The translations under genes and the position numbers were made by a program. A DNA stretch of 64,000 nucleotides from an uncultured bacterium. GTDB taxonomy: Bacteria > Babelota > Babeliae > Babelales > Babelaceae. Shown piece by piece: positions 39,566 to 48,560 of this stretch. Numbering within the stretch: position 1 is the stretch's first letter; each line of letters begins with the position of its first letter. The stretch covers positions 864,001 to 928,000 of the forward strand of contig OY970209.1 of the NCBI GenBank assembly GCA_963713855.1, written 5' to 3'. The notes beneath the pieces are model-generated. The model was given only the letters and a program-made list of their open reading frames with translations, had not been told where the DNA came from and did no database searches.

Positions 39566-40268
39566 TATAAAACGATTGTCATATAATAAGGCGCCGATTC
39601 TTACAGATATTTCATGTACTATTGAGTACGGACGAATCACGAGCTTTATTGGAAAAAGCGGATCGGGAAAAACGACCCTATTGCGGTGTCTTGCTGGACT
39701 TGAAAAAACCTATGAAGGCTTGGTTACGCTTGATGGAAATGATATTGGTACATTTGAGGCGCAGCAACGTGCTGAGGCTCTCGGTTTTGTTGCTCAAAAT
39801 GTATATCTTTTTCCACAGCTTACTGCAATCCAAAATTGTGTACAACCCTTGCGTGTTGTAAAAAATGTGCCAAAGGATGTGGCTGTGGACAAGGCTTTTA
39901 CCGTTTTGAAGAGCCTTGGTATGGAAACATTTGCTGATAACTATCCTGGACAGCTTTCCGGCGGTCAGCAGCAACGAGTTGCTCTTGCGCGAGCATTGTG
40001 CTTAGAGCCGAAGATACTGTTGCTTGATGAGCCAACGTCCGCGCTTGATCCCGAAAATACGGCTATAGTTGCCCAGCTACTAAAGCGGCTAACAGAACAA
40101 GGTATTGGTATTGGTGTTTCAAGTCAGGATACGGGTTTTATACGCAGCATCATGGACAGAGTTTACTTAATCGAGGCAGGCTCTATCACTGCTCAATTAG
40201 ATAAAAAAGTATGCAATCAAATGAATGAAAATATTCCAATTTCAGTCTTTTTAAAAAATGTTACATAA
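39552..40268 (+). CDS. Polar amino-acid ABC transporter ATPase (HisP/GlnQ family), H-loop His replaced by Gln
   Basis: GKSGSGKTT, YPGQLSGGQQQRVALARAL, LLDEPTSALDPE, VSSQD; no His in 238 aa. Confidence 0.9.
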   Translation: MLSGNIKRLSYNKAPILTDISCTIEYGRITSFIGKSGSGKTTLLRCLAGLEKTYEGLVTLDGNDIGTFEAQQRAEALGFVAQNVYLFPQLTAIQNCVQPLRVVKNVPKDVAVDKAFTVLKSLGMETFADNYPGQLSGGQQQRVALARALCLEPKILLLDEPTSALDPENTAIVAQLLKRLTEQGIGIGVSSQDTGFIRSIMDRVYLIEAGSITAQLDKKVCNQMNENIPISVFLKNVT

Positions 40269-40355
40269 AACGATATGATCATTAGGCTTTTGTCTTTATT
40301 TAAATCGTAAATATCGTATAATGAAACTATTATGATAGTTACAAAGTGAGACTTT

Positions 40356-41281
40356 ATGAAAAAATATCTATTGTTTTTTACGTGCATTTACTTATTTAGT
40401 GGTGCATCTGTGTCGCAATCGATGCATCAAAATAGTTCCTCAGAGGATCAGGTGCAAGGGGCCGATAATAACGATCATTTTATGCTGGGAGTTTTTCTAG
40501 GAGCGGTTCTTTTAAGCGATCTTGAAACGATTGATATTGCGATGGATACTCTCATGGACCAAGATACGATTTCGCCAAAGTGGCTCGAAGCGATAAAAGA
40601 CGCCCTTGAGAGAGCTGATTGGGAACAAGATCAAGAAACAGCAGACCACGTACGAATGCGGCTTAGGCTCATTGAACAAAGCCAGGCCGAAAGGGCGCGA
40701 GGTACTGGTTCCCGCGATGAGAAACCGACGCCTAGACAAGGTCCTAGATTGCCAATTTGGGTTGAGATAATCCGCGGCATAGATGCTTCTGAATCCCCTA
40801 TTATTGAAGAAGAAGAAGGATTCTGGTACAGAGTTGTTCCGCAGAGAGAGAATTGTTGACGTGGCTGAAGCTTAATGCGCCAGAAAGAGCGCGAGAAAGA
40901 GAAGAGCGATTAAGTAAAAGACGTCGGGAAGCTAGGTTAAGGGAAATAGAGCGAAGAAATGCCCAGCTAGGCCAACCGGAAAGAGAGCAACAAAAGGAAT
41001 CACGTTTCATGATTACAAGACCTCAAGACGTTACTCCACGTGGAGATTCTTATTACGGAGAAGTAACGAATAATCCTGACCTTTTATTTCCTCACGTATT
41101 TAACGCCGCATTTAGCCAGTCTGCTCATCGAGAACAAATGAGGCAACTTTTGGGTCAGCTCCCGGGTAATTCGCTGAGAGAGCAATTTCAAAATTGTGTT
41201 TACAACCTGCAAGTATTCTTTGCGATAGTAATGCTTGTTATCAGGCAAGGCGGACTGCAACGTTATGCGCAGTCTTTTTAA
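40356..41281 (+). pseudogene. Secreted protein split by a 2-bp shift in an (AG)4 tract (ORFs 40356..40859 and 40853..41281)
   Basis: Removing one AG at 40843-40851 fuses ..VVPQR-ELLTWLKL..; signal peptide only on the first ORF, hydrophobic helix only at the end of the second. Confidence 0.55.
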
Positions 41282-41410
41282 AAAGATTGAAAGACTTTCA
41301 AGGCTAATAATGTGCAAGTAATATGCTCGGTTATTTTTGTAAAATGAGCCATTTTGGGGTAGATTTTTAGCCATGGCACGGATAAATTCGATTTTTAGTG
41401 CGAGGATTGT

Positions 41411-42043
41411 ATGAAGAAGTTTGCATTTTTAGCTTGTCTTTTAGTTACTTATCTTGTTAAAGGCGAAGGATTTATTGCTGGAACGCTTGTAAAAACTGTG
41501 GATGGTTATCGACCGATAGAGGAAATAAAAGTAGGAGCTTCGGTTACCAGTCTTAATTTCGAGGGTTCTTGCGGTAAGTTTAGCTTTTTTCAATCAGATA
41601 TTGAAGGCGAAGTGACCAATGTGTACGCGAGAGAGGTCGATAGACTTATTAAAATCACTGTCGATAATCAAACGATAGTTGTGGCGGCAGATCAGAAATT
41701 TTTTCTTCCCCTAAATCTGCATAAGCCCTGGATAGAAGCAAGTGAGTTGCGTCCAGGCCACATGGTCTTGAAAAACTGCACAGACTTAGCTCCTGTTACT
41801 AGCATAGAAATAAGTGAAGCTAAAAGTACTGTCTACAGTATTTCAGTAAAAAATTATCCTAATTTCAGCGTATCCTTACTCGATATACAAGTGCACAATC
41901 ATGATCAAGAGATGTCTGACTACGATGTAGAGTATGATTCATCCGATGATAGTCGCTCTTTGTTTAGCTTTCTAGCTGCTATGGTGCTTTCATTCATTGT
42001 GGTACGTTTAATGGCTGAGGAAGAACGAGTTTGCCAGTGGTAA
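41411..42043 (+). CDS. Secreted Hint (BIL/PT-HINT-like) domain protein with short C-terminal peptide
   Basis: Signal peptide; EGFIAGTLVKTVDGYRPIEEIKVG, WIEASELRPG, VYSISV...NFSV....IQVHN. Confidence 0.85.
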   Translation: MKKFAFLACLLVTYLVKGEGFIAGTLVKTVDGYRPIEEIKVGASVTSLNFEGSCGKFSFFQSDIEGEVTNVYAREVDRLIKITVDNQTIVVAADQKFFLPLNLHKPWIEASELRPGHMVLKNCTDLAPVTSIEISEAKSTVYSISVKNYPNFSVSLLDIQVHNHDQEMSDYDVEYDSSDDSRSLFSFLAAMVLSFIVVRLMAEEERVCQW

Positions 42044-42368
42044 TGTGCAGCTTAAAAGTGTAAAGCAGGTTGCCAATTTGGGTAAAGATTGGTCGCTTTT
42101 ATAATGTCGCCATTCGTATAAAGTTAACGCTTAACGTTATCCAGCTTAAAATAAATAAACAGTTCTCTTTTTCAAAGATGAAAAATAGAAATACCGGCTC
42201 TCAAGCAATGCTTGTCAATATTCTCGCTTTACCACACATTCTAAGATCGAATCGGTCAATCGTGCTTCTCTGACCGATCATTACCGGATGAGGCATATTG
42301 ACATATATAAATTATATTTTATATACTGATAAATAATATTTTCAGTTTTGATAATTTGAGGTGCTCGG

Positions 42369-43124
42369 ATGTCGATAGTTGTATGGTTATTTCTGATGAC
42401 GAGTTTTTGTTCCATTTTTTCAATAAGCGGGAAAGTACTTGAGCGCATGTCGCCCGAGTGGGTTGCCGAAGAATGCCGTCAAATTGCGCACTTAGATACG
42501 AAAGAGAAATATGACTATAGTTTTCCTGTAGCTGAATGCCGTTCATATTTGACTCCGGAGCTTTTGCCAAGTGTTTATGGATCTGAAAAACCTGAAGAAA
42601 TAATGCAGTGGGCCCTAACTGCATTGTCTGTTAGCAATTATGACAGGTCCGAGAAACACCTTGAAGAACTGGTTAATTTAAACTATACGCGAGCTTTCTT
42701 CTATTTAGCCTGGTTATATCAAAAAAAGGACCAGCTAGATGCTGCTAAATTTTTATATCGGAAGGCTATTGAGAGAGCGCAAAGTGGTTATGCCTATAAT
42801 AATCTTGGCACTCTCTATGCCATTGAGGGTGACTATGAAAAAGCTAAATCTTATTGGAAAGAAGCATCAAAGATGGGCATTCGAGAAGCTTCTAGAAATC
42901 TACAATTACTAGAGCTCACAATGCGTGATATCCTGGCTAACAAAATAGTTACTGTCGTGCTGCAGTTTTTACCAATTGTACCGATAATTATCGTGGGTTT
43001 TGCCGCGTATCTGTCAAACAAGCGCGTTTTGCCTCGATCTCAGCGACTTCTCAACGCTTTCATTCTATTCTCTGCTCTATATACCTTACGAAGTTTTATG
43101 ACATCGGAGTCTCACACGGAATAA
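42369..43124 (+). CDS. Sel1/TPR-repeat protein with signal peptide and two C-terminal TMs (copy 1)
   Basis: AFFYLAWLY, AYNNLGTLY..EGDYEKA..YWKEA. Confidence 0.85.
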   Translation: MSIVVWLFLMTSFCSIFSISGKVLERMSPEWVAEECRQIAHLDTKEKYDYSFPVAECRSYLTPELLPSVYGSEKPEEIMQWALTALSVSNYDRSEKHLEELVNLNYTRAFFYLAWLYQKKDQLDAAKFLYRKAIERAQSGYAYNNLGTLYAIEGDYEKAKSYWKEASKMGIREASRNLQLLELTMRDILANKIVTVVLQFLPIVPIIIVGFAAYLSNKRVLPRSQRLLNAFILFSALYTLRSFMTSESHTE

Positions 43125-43127
43125 TTA

Positions 43128-43288
43128 GGTGTTTTAGAGGCTTTTTTTAGTTCTTCTCGTTTGTCACTCTATAACTTTTTGACAAAGTGAGTTGTGTGCT
43201 CTGAAAGAAAGCAGAAAATATAGAGTGCAATTTCAATTGCTGAGATGTTCACATTATCTCCGTTTATAATGGGCCTATGACTGTTCAT
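43128..43288 (-). repeat. Diverged 3'-end remnant of the 45066..47456 gene
   Basis: 43128-43155 resembles 45046-45074 and 43161-43288 resembles 45204-45335. Confidence 0.8.
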
Positions 43289-43364
43289 AGCGTATCTATT
43301 GACGCCATTAATACTAATCAATATAATTGATAATATTACAGATATTAATATTAAAGGGAATTTG

Positions 43365-44111
43365 ATGCGATCAAAGTGGTTATTCGTCGTGGTTATGGGT
43401 GTTTACGGTACACTTCTCATAAGCCAAGAAAGTGATATTGAGCGTACTGTAAAAGACTGCCATCAGGTTTTAGTTCCAAATCCGAACGAAGAAAAAGGAA
43501 TTAGATACTTGAAGGATTATTCTATCAAAATGAATGCAGAGGGTTTTGTTCAGGAAGAATCAACATATACAGAAAATGATTTTTTGTGCCAAGAAAAAAC
43601 AACTTACAAACCGGATCAAAAATTGGAATGTGCCTTGCGATTGATGGGTCAAAGCGACCTTACGTCTGCAGAAATTATACTACAGAAATTAGTAGACTTA
43701 GAATATGAGCCTGCTTATTTTCATCTTGGTTTTCTTTATCACAAAAAAAACGAAATCGAAAAAGCAGTTAAATATTATCAATTGGCGGCAGAAAAGAATA
43801 ACGCAAACGCTTATCTTCAACTCGGCGGAATATATATTGCCGAGTACAAATTTCTAGAAGCTAGAGACAATTGGCAGCTGGCCGCCAATTTGGGGAGTGT
43901 AGAAGCGCAAGAAAGATTAAGCGCCCTTACATTGTTTGCAGTTTTAGTAGCTTCAGCGGCAGGTGATACGATAATGCTGGTTTACCTTTTGATGAAAGAA
44001 TTGAACGAGTTTTGGCGCTTAACTGATTTGGCTGGCATATTAATATTTGTCACCACCGTGTGTGCCTTAAAAGGCATGAGGACTTTAGCTCCCAACATGA
44101 CTGACAGTTAA
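43365..44111 (+). CDS. Sel1/TPR-repeat protein (copy 2)
   Basis: AYFHLGFLY..EKAVKYYQLAAEKNNANAYLQLG; ATG 43365 after AAGGGA. Confidence 0.85.
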   Translation: MRSKWLFVVVMGVYGTLLISQESDIERTVKDCHQVLVPNPNEEKGIRYLKDYSIKMNAEGFVQEESTYTENDFLCQEKTTYKPDQKLECALRLMGQSDLTSAEIILQKLVDLEYEPAYFHLGFLYHKKNEIEKAVKYYQLAAEKNNANAYLQLGGIYIAEYKFLEARDNWQLAANLGSVEAQERLSALTLFAVLVASAAGDTIMLVYLLMKELNEFWRLTDLAGILIFVTTVCALKGMRTLAPNMTDS

Positions 44112-44128
44112 CTATTTTTTGGTGTTAC

Positions 44129-44218
44129 TTTTTTTAGCGTTTGTGAGCATGAGTGCATAACGCTTTTCTTACATCACGAGCCCGTTGACTCACTTCTGAT
44201 GAGCTTGCATGCTGCTTG
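44129..44218 (-). repeat. Second diverged 3'-end remnant of the 45066..47456 gene
   Basis: Encodes SQRARDVRKALCTHAHKR* versus intact SQGARDVRKSLYTHAHKN*. Confidence 0.8.
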
Positions 44219-44340
44219 CGCTAGTCTATCGGGCCATCGTTCGAATATATCGCGATCTGAGTCTATTGTTGACTCTTTAAAATTTAAAATTATATAATAA
44301 AAATAATATTGTCAGATTTAGCTTGATTTAAGGAAAGAAT

Positions 44341-45057
44341 ATGCGTAGCTTTGTTTGGACTTTCTTTTTAATCTCAATGTGTAATACAGTCACAGTGCAG
44401 TCTGATGAGCAGCAGGCAAAAGCTCAAGAGACGTATATGGATAGTTTTCCAGAAGCTGAGTATCGTTACTATCTTAATCTTCCTTTACAAAGTGCTGATG
44501 CGTACGAAAGCCCAGAAGATTTAATGCATCGGGCTGCGATTATGATGTTGATTGATAAATATGCCACCGCAGAAATGTATCTTGAAGCTCTGATCAAAAT
44601 AAATTTTAAACCAGCTTTCTTTTATTTAGCTTACTTATACCACATGATGAACCAGCTAGAAAAAGCAAAATTTTTTTATTTGAAGGCTATAGAAAGAGCA
44701 AAAAGCGCTGATGCGTACAATAATCTTGGCTATATATATGCTCTTGAAGGGGATTTTAAAAAAAGTCATGAGTATTTGCAAGAAGCGGCAAAGAGTGGAA
44801 TTCAAAAAGCAATGCATAATCTAGAGCTCCTTGATAAAATTACAAAACAAAGAGAAAGTGATGAGCGCTATCGAATTTTGCAAATCTTACCAGTAATCGC
44901 ATTTGCAGCAGCTACGTTGGGACTTTTCAGATTTATGCCAGTCCCTCCTGGCCAAGTAAGCATTCCTCCCCTGCTTTTGCTTTTGACGCTTGCGACTTTA
45001 ACTTATGCCTTAAAAATGTATGCCAATTTCGAGGGATTTGAACGCGGTGTATTTTAG
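44341..45057 (+). CDS. Sel1/TPR-repeat protein (copy 3)
   Basis: Clear paralog of copy 1: AFFYLAYLY, KAIERA.S..AYNNLG. Confidence 0.85.
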   Translation: MRSFVWTFFLISMCNTVTVQSDEQQAKAQETYMDSFPEAEYRYYLNLPLQSADAYESPEDLMHRAAIMMLIDKYATAEMYLEALIKINFKPAFFYLAYLYHMMNQLEKAKFFYLKAIERAKSADAYNNLGYIYALEGDFKKSHEYLQEAAKSGIQKAMHNLELLDKITKQRESDERYRILQILPVIAFAAATLGLFRFMPVPPGQVSIPPLLLLLTLATLTYALKMYANFEGFERGVF

Positions 45058-45065
45058 GGCGTTTT

Positions 45066-47456
45066 TTAATTCTTATGAGCATGCGTGTATAGCGATTTTC
45101 TTACATCACGCGCACCTTGGCTCAGCCTTTGATGAGCTTCCACATGTGCTTGAAAGTGTTTCATTGGATGAGTTTCTTTTGAAGGGTAGCAGTAGCCTTT
45201 TGATTGCCAGTCTACAACTTCTTGATAAAGGTCAGTTGTGTGTTCTGAAAGAAATCCCAAAATATAGAGTGCAATTTCGATTGCTGAAATGTTTTCGTTA
45301 TCTCCGCTTATAATAAGAGGCCTATGAGTATTCATTCCTGAAGCCATGAATGAAGCAGCTGTAAGCAGAGCGTGCGTGCCTCTTTGACGCCATAGGTTTT
45401 CTAAAGCATACAGAATTGTTTTTTGCTCCAAAGAACGCGTTATCTGCATCAGTAGTCCTGTAGTCGCATCAGATGAAGAGGTTAAGTATAATGAGGTGGC
45501 ATTGTTTGCGAGCGCTGCCTGTGCTTCAGGTAGTGCAAGTTTCTGAGCTATCAAAGCGCCCAGCTTGGTTGTAGCAAGTTTTTGTAGCTCATTTAAACCT
45601 AGGGTAAAATAACGCGCTGTTTTTTGGATAGATTCCTGATACATAGGCGAATTGACCGCATTTTTATAAAGGTCAGGAACGAGAAAGACGTGCCCAATTT
45701 TGACGTCAGTGTTATCTTCTAATATTCCAAGCTGCGTGTATAGTCCCATGAGGTATATATCTAAATCATCGTGATTTTCAATAATGAGCCCTTTTTGGTT
45801 TTTCCCTTTAATCTCAAAAAATCCGGCAGTGTGGAGCTCTTCTTTTGTTTTACCTGCTATGAAGGAAAGAGCCGATTTGAGCTGCAAAGCACGCGCACTA
45901 TCCCATATCAATTTTTCTTCCAAAGGAGTCGGAAGATTTGCTTTAAGCGTCTCGAGAATGTGAAGATACTCAGTCTCCTTTTTTACCTCTTTCAGCCAGC
46001 GAAGATCAAAATGAGTTTTAGTGGTTCCAAGAAGATTTTTGAGAGCCTTGTAATAATAATGAGCTTTTTCTTTATCGCTAAGCGTTTCAATTTTGTCTAA
46101 GAGGTATAAAATACGTTCGGTAAACGTTTTGTCATACGTATCCATCGCGATTTGTTTTTCCCAGAGGATCATCATGCTTGGGCTATAGAAAGCTCTTCTG
46201 ACATCTTTAGCACCGGGTAACAGCTTTACTTGGGTGTAATTAAGGCTATGAATCGTTTCAATGGGAAGACAACGAGCCAGTTGCTCCCATTCTCTTAGCT
46301 TAGCGGATAAATCGGGTATGTGTTCTGCCAAAAAACCTAGTCCGTAAAGTGCTCGTTCTGTATCGGAAGGATGTGGGTCATATTCTACTGCAATGGTGTA
46401 CGTCAAAGCAGGGTCGTTCCAGAGCGCCTCTAAGGTATCGACTGTTTTTCTTAGAAGATGTAAAGCGTAATGCTGAATATAACGAAATGCTGTACTCAGC
46501 TCCCCATTTTCTAATAACGTCTTCAAGCAAAAAAGATCGGCAAGTTCCTCCAGCTTTCTTGAATAGACAATTTGCGTAGCGTCCTCATCATCGGTGAAAG
46601 ATTCCCAAAGCCTGCCCTTTTCTTTAAGCGCTTTTTGACACTTATCTAGAGCGAGTTCTTGCGATAGAGCATCACCGATATGCGTTTTTTTAAGGCTGGG
46701 TAATAAACTCATCCCTCTTTGCAAATACTTATGCATAAGTGCCTTATGAACATCGTCTGCGTTAGGCGAAGCGAGTTCGTAGTTGATACCATTTTTGCCA
46801 TTGTATAAGCCAAGCGAATACGCTTTAAGAAGATCGTTATTTTTAAAATGACCAAGCTCGTGGTAGACGATTGCTTGCCAGAGCTCTTTGTCAGGATCTG
46901 AAGAAAAAATGAGTGCAGGCCTCACCGTCATGCTTCCCGGCGTGTTGTGAATCATGACCTCGGATTCGCGAAAATCCTCTTGCCCGCGCCGGGCACTATC
47001 GCTTGCGGCTATTAAAAGAGGCATATCAAGACCCACCGTGTTCATTGAGTCTTGAAGTAGGCTTATTTGAGTAGGTGAAGGTATTTTGTAAGACCCGCCA
47101 TCAATCCATTCAAAAAGCGCAGCCTCGTCATAAACTTCTTGCAGCCATGCGTGATCAATATCTTTAGAACATGATGCAGGTGTACGTCCAAGTAGTTCGC
47201 GTGCGTGGTTATAAAAATATAAAGCAGGAATCGAATCAGACTGTTTTTGATTAAAGTCGTAAGCTTTTGAAGAACAATAGGCGACCGCATACATAAATCG
47301 CGAGGTCAAATGCTCCTTAAGCTCTTTATCGAGTACAGCTATTTCTTTTCTTCCCTTTAGTTGGCTAAAATCCCTAGCGGCTAAGTCGGACAGATTAATT
47401 TCTGCTTGTATCGTGCTTTTAAGGAGTGTAAGGAAGAGAACACAGCCAACTTTCAT
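45066..47456 (-). CDS. Secreted M48-like zinc metalloprotease with a duplicated, degenerate second domain
   Basis: HELGH, EELAD and HPSDTER in M48 order; signal from ATG 47456 (..TIQA-E); start uncertain. Confidence 0.7.
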   Translation of the reverse strand: MKVGCVLFLTLLKSTIQAEINLSDLAARDFSQLKGRKEIAVLDKELKEHLTSRFMYAVAYCSSKAYDFNQKQSDSIPALYFYNHARELLGRTPASCSKDIDHAWLQEVYDEAALFEWIDGGSYKIPSPTQISLLQDSMNTVGLDMPLLIAASDSARRGQEDFRESEVMIHNTPGSMTVRPALIFSSDPDKELWQAIVYHELGHFKNNDLLKAYSLGLYNGKNGINYELASPNADDVHKALMHKYLQRGMSLLPSLKKTHIGDALSQELALDKCQKALKEKGRLWESFTDDEDATQIVYSRKLEELADLFCLKTLLENGELSTAFRYIQHYALHLLRKTVDTLEALWNDPALTYTIAVEYDPHPSDTERALYGLGFLAEHIPDLSAKLREWEQLARCLPIETIHSLNYTQVKLLPGAKDVRRAFYSPSMMILWEKQIAMDTYDKTFTERILYLLDKIETLSDKEKAHYYYKALKNLLGTTKTHFDLRWLKEVKKETEYLHILETLKANLPTPLEEKLIWDSARALQLKSALSFIAGKTKEELHTAGFFEIKGKNQKGLIIENHDDLDIYLMGLYTQLGILEDNTDVKIGHVFLVPDLYKNAVNSPMYQESIQKTARYFTLGLNELQKLATTKLGALIAQKLALPEAQAALANNATSLYLTSSSDATTGLLMQITRSLEQKTILYALENLWRQRGTHALLTAASFMASGMNTHRPLIISGDNENISAIEIALYILGFLSEHTTDLYQEVVDWQSKGYCYPSKETHPMKHFQAHVEAHQRLSQGARDVRKSLYTHAHKN

Positions 47457-47596
47457 GTGAAAAACACGCGCTATTTTCGACATTATTAAACTTTCACACC
47501 ATTCTTTATTTTCATACTTTGAATCATATAGCAATGTATATAATAGTCAATTTTTAGAAATATTTTGAGCGCATAAAGCATTTGGGTAGTTGAGCT

Positions 47597-48520
47597 TTAG
47601 CTCGTGGTAGAAGTTCTTAAGAGTTGCTGCTTTTTGAAAGCTTCGTACAAATCCTTATAAAAATAGATGCTTAGTCCGCTTAAGACAATCACTGCGGCTA
47701 TTACCGCATTTATCGTAGGTGTTTCGTTGAGTAAAACCCAGCTGTAGCCTGCTGCAAAAAAAGGAGATAAGAAGCTTGTCAGAGTCATAGCAGTCGGGGT
47801 ATACCTCTTTAATAAGAATGCTTGCAAATTTGCACATACTACATTACTTAAAAGAATATTGAGGACTAAAAGTCCGGCGAAAAACACAAAATCGCCTTTA
47901 AGCCAAACAGGTTCAGCGACAACGGCCGCGTTGCACGTAAAAACGCCACCGATAAACATACTTAATCCATTGGCAAGTACTGGGCAACAGTTTGTGTAAC
48001 GTACCAATTTTTGCATAATAAGGAGACTATAACTAAAAGAAGCAACAGCAACAAGCATCACAAAGTCATGTATGCTAAAGTGCGTCAATAAGCTGCTTAT
48101 GCTGCCTCCGTCTTTAGCCAAAAAGAGCGGTAATAGTCCGGTAAATCCTATTATTAGTCCGAAAATCTGCATGTAACTTAAGCGCTCGCGAACAAGAAAA
48201 TAGGCAAAAAGTGCCGAAAAGAACGGGCTAAAGTTAAAAAGAAGCGCAGCCTTGACCGTTGGTAAGTGCTGTAAAGCTACAGCCCTTGCTACATGTGTGC
48301 CAACAACGCCAAAGAGGGCAAACTGTCCAATCAAAATCCAATCTTGAAGGCCAAGTTTTTGTGCACGTGATCCTTGTACGTGAGCGTACGTCCAAATGCC
48401 GATACCAGCAAGAAGCATACGTGTTCCTACAAGAAAGACGGGCGAGGCGTACGTAAGCATTATTTTGCTTAGCGTGATGGTAAACCCTAAGATCGCATAG
48501 AGTACAATGAGCAACATCAT
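47597..48520 (-). CDS. EamA/DMT family transporter
   Basis: About ten TMs in two repeats; SPFFSALFAYFLVRE and SPFFAAGYSWVLLNE. Confidence 0.9.
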   Translation of the reverse strand: MMLLIVLYAILGFTITLSKIMLTYASPVFLVGTRMLLAGIGIWTYAHVQGSRAQKLGLQDWILIGQFALFGVVGTHVARAVALQHLPTVKAALLFNFSPFFSALFAYFLVRERLSYMQIFGLIIGFTGLLPLFLAKDGGSISSLLTHFSIHDFVMLVAVASFSYSLLIMQKLVRYTNCCPVLANGLSMFIGGVFTCNAAVVAEPVWLKGDFVFFAGLLVLNILLSNVVCANLQAFLLKRYTPTAMTLTSFLSPFFAAGYSWVLLNETPTINAVIAAVIVLSGLSIYFYKDLYEAFKKQQLLRTSTTS

Positions 48521-48560
48521 AAGGTATTTGTCTCTCTCATAGCTTTTCCCTGTTTTTTAG

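Noticed and set aside
41411..42043. True splicing intein or homing element
   Set aside because: No N-terminal Cys/Ser, the +1 residue is His, and there is no endonuclease or host extein.
42070..42273. 67-aa ORF as immunity gene of the Hint protein
   Set aside because: TTG start, no convincing RBS or protein features; more likely degraded DNA.
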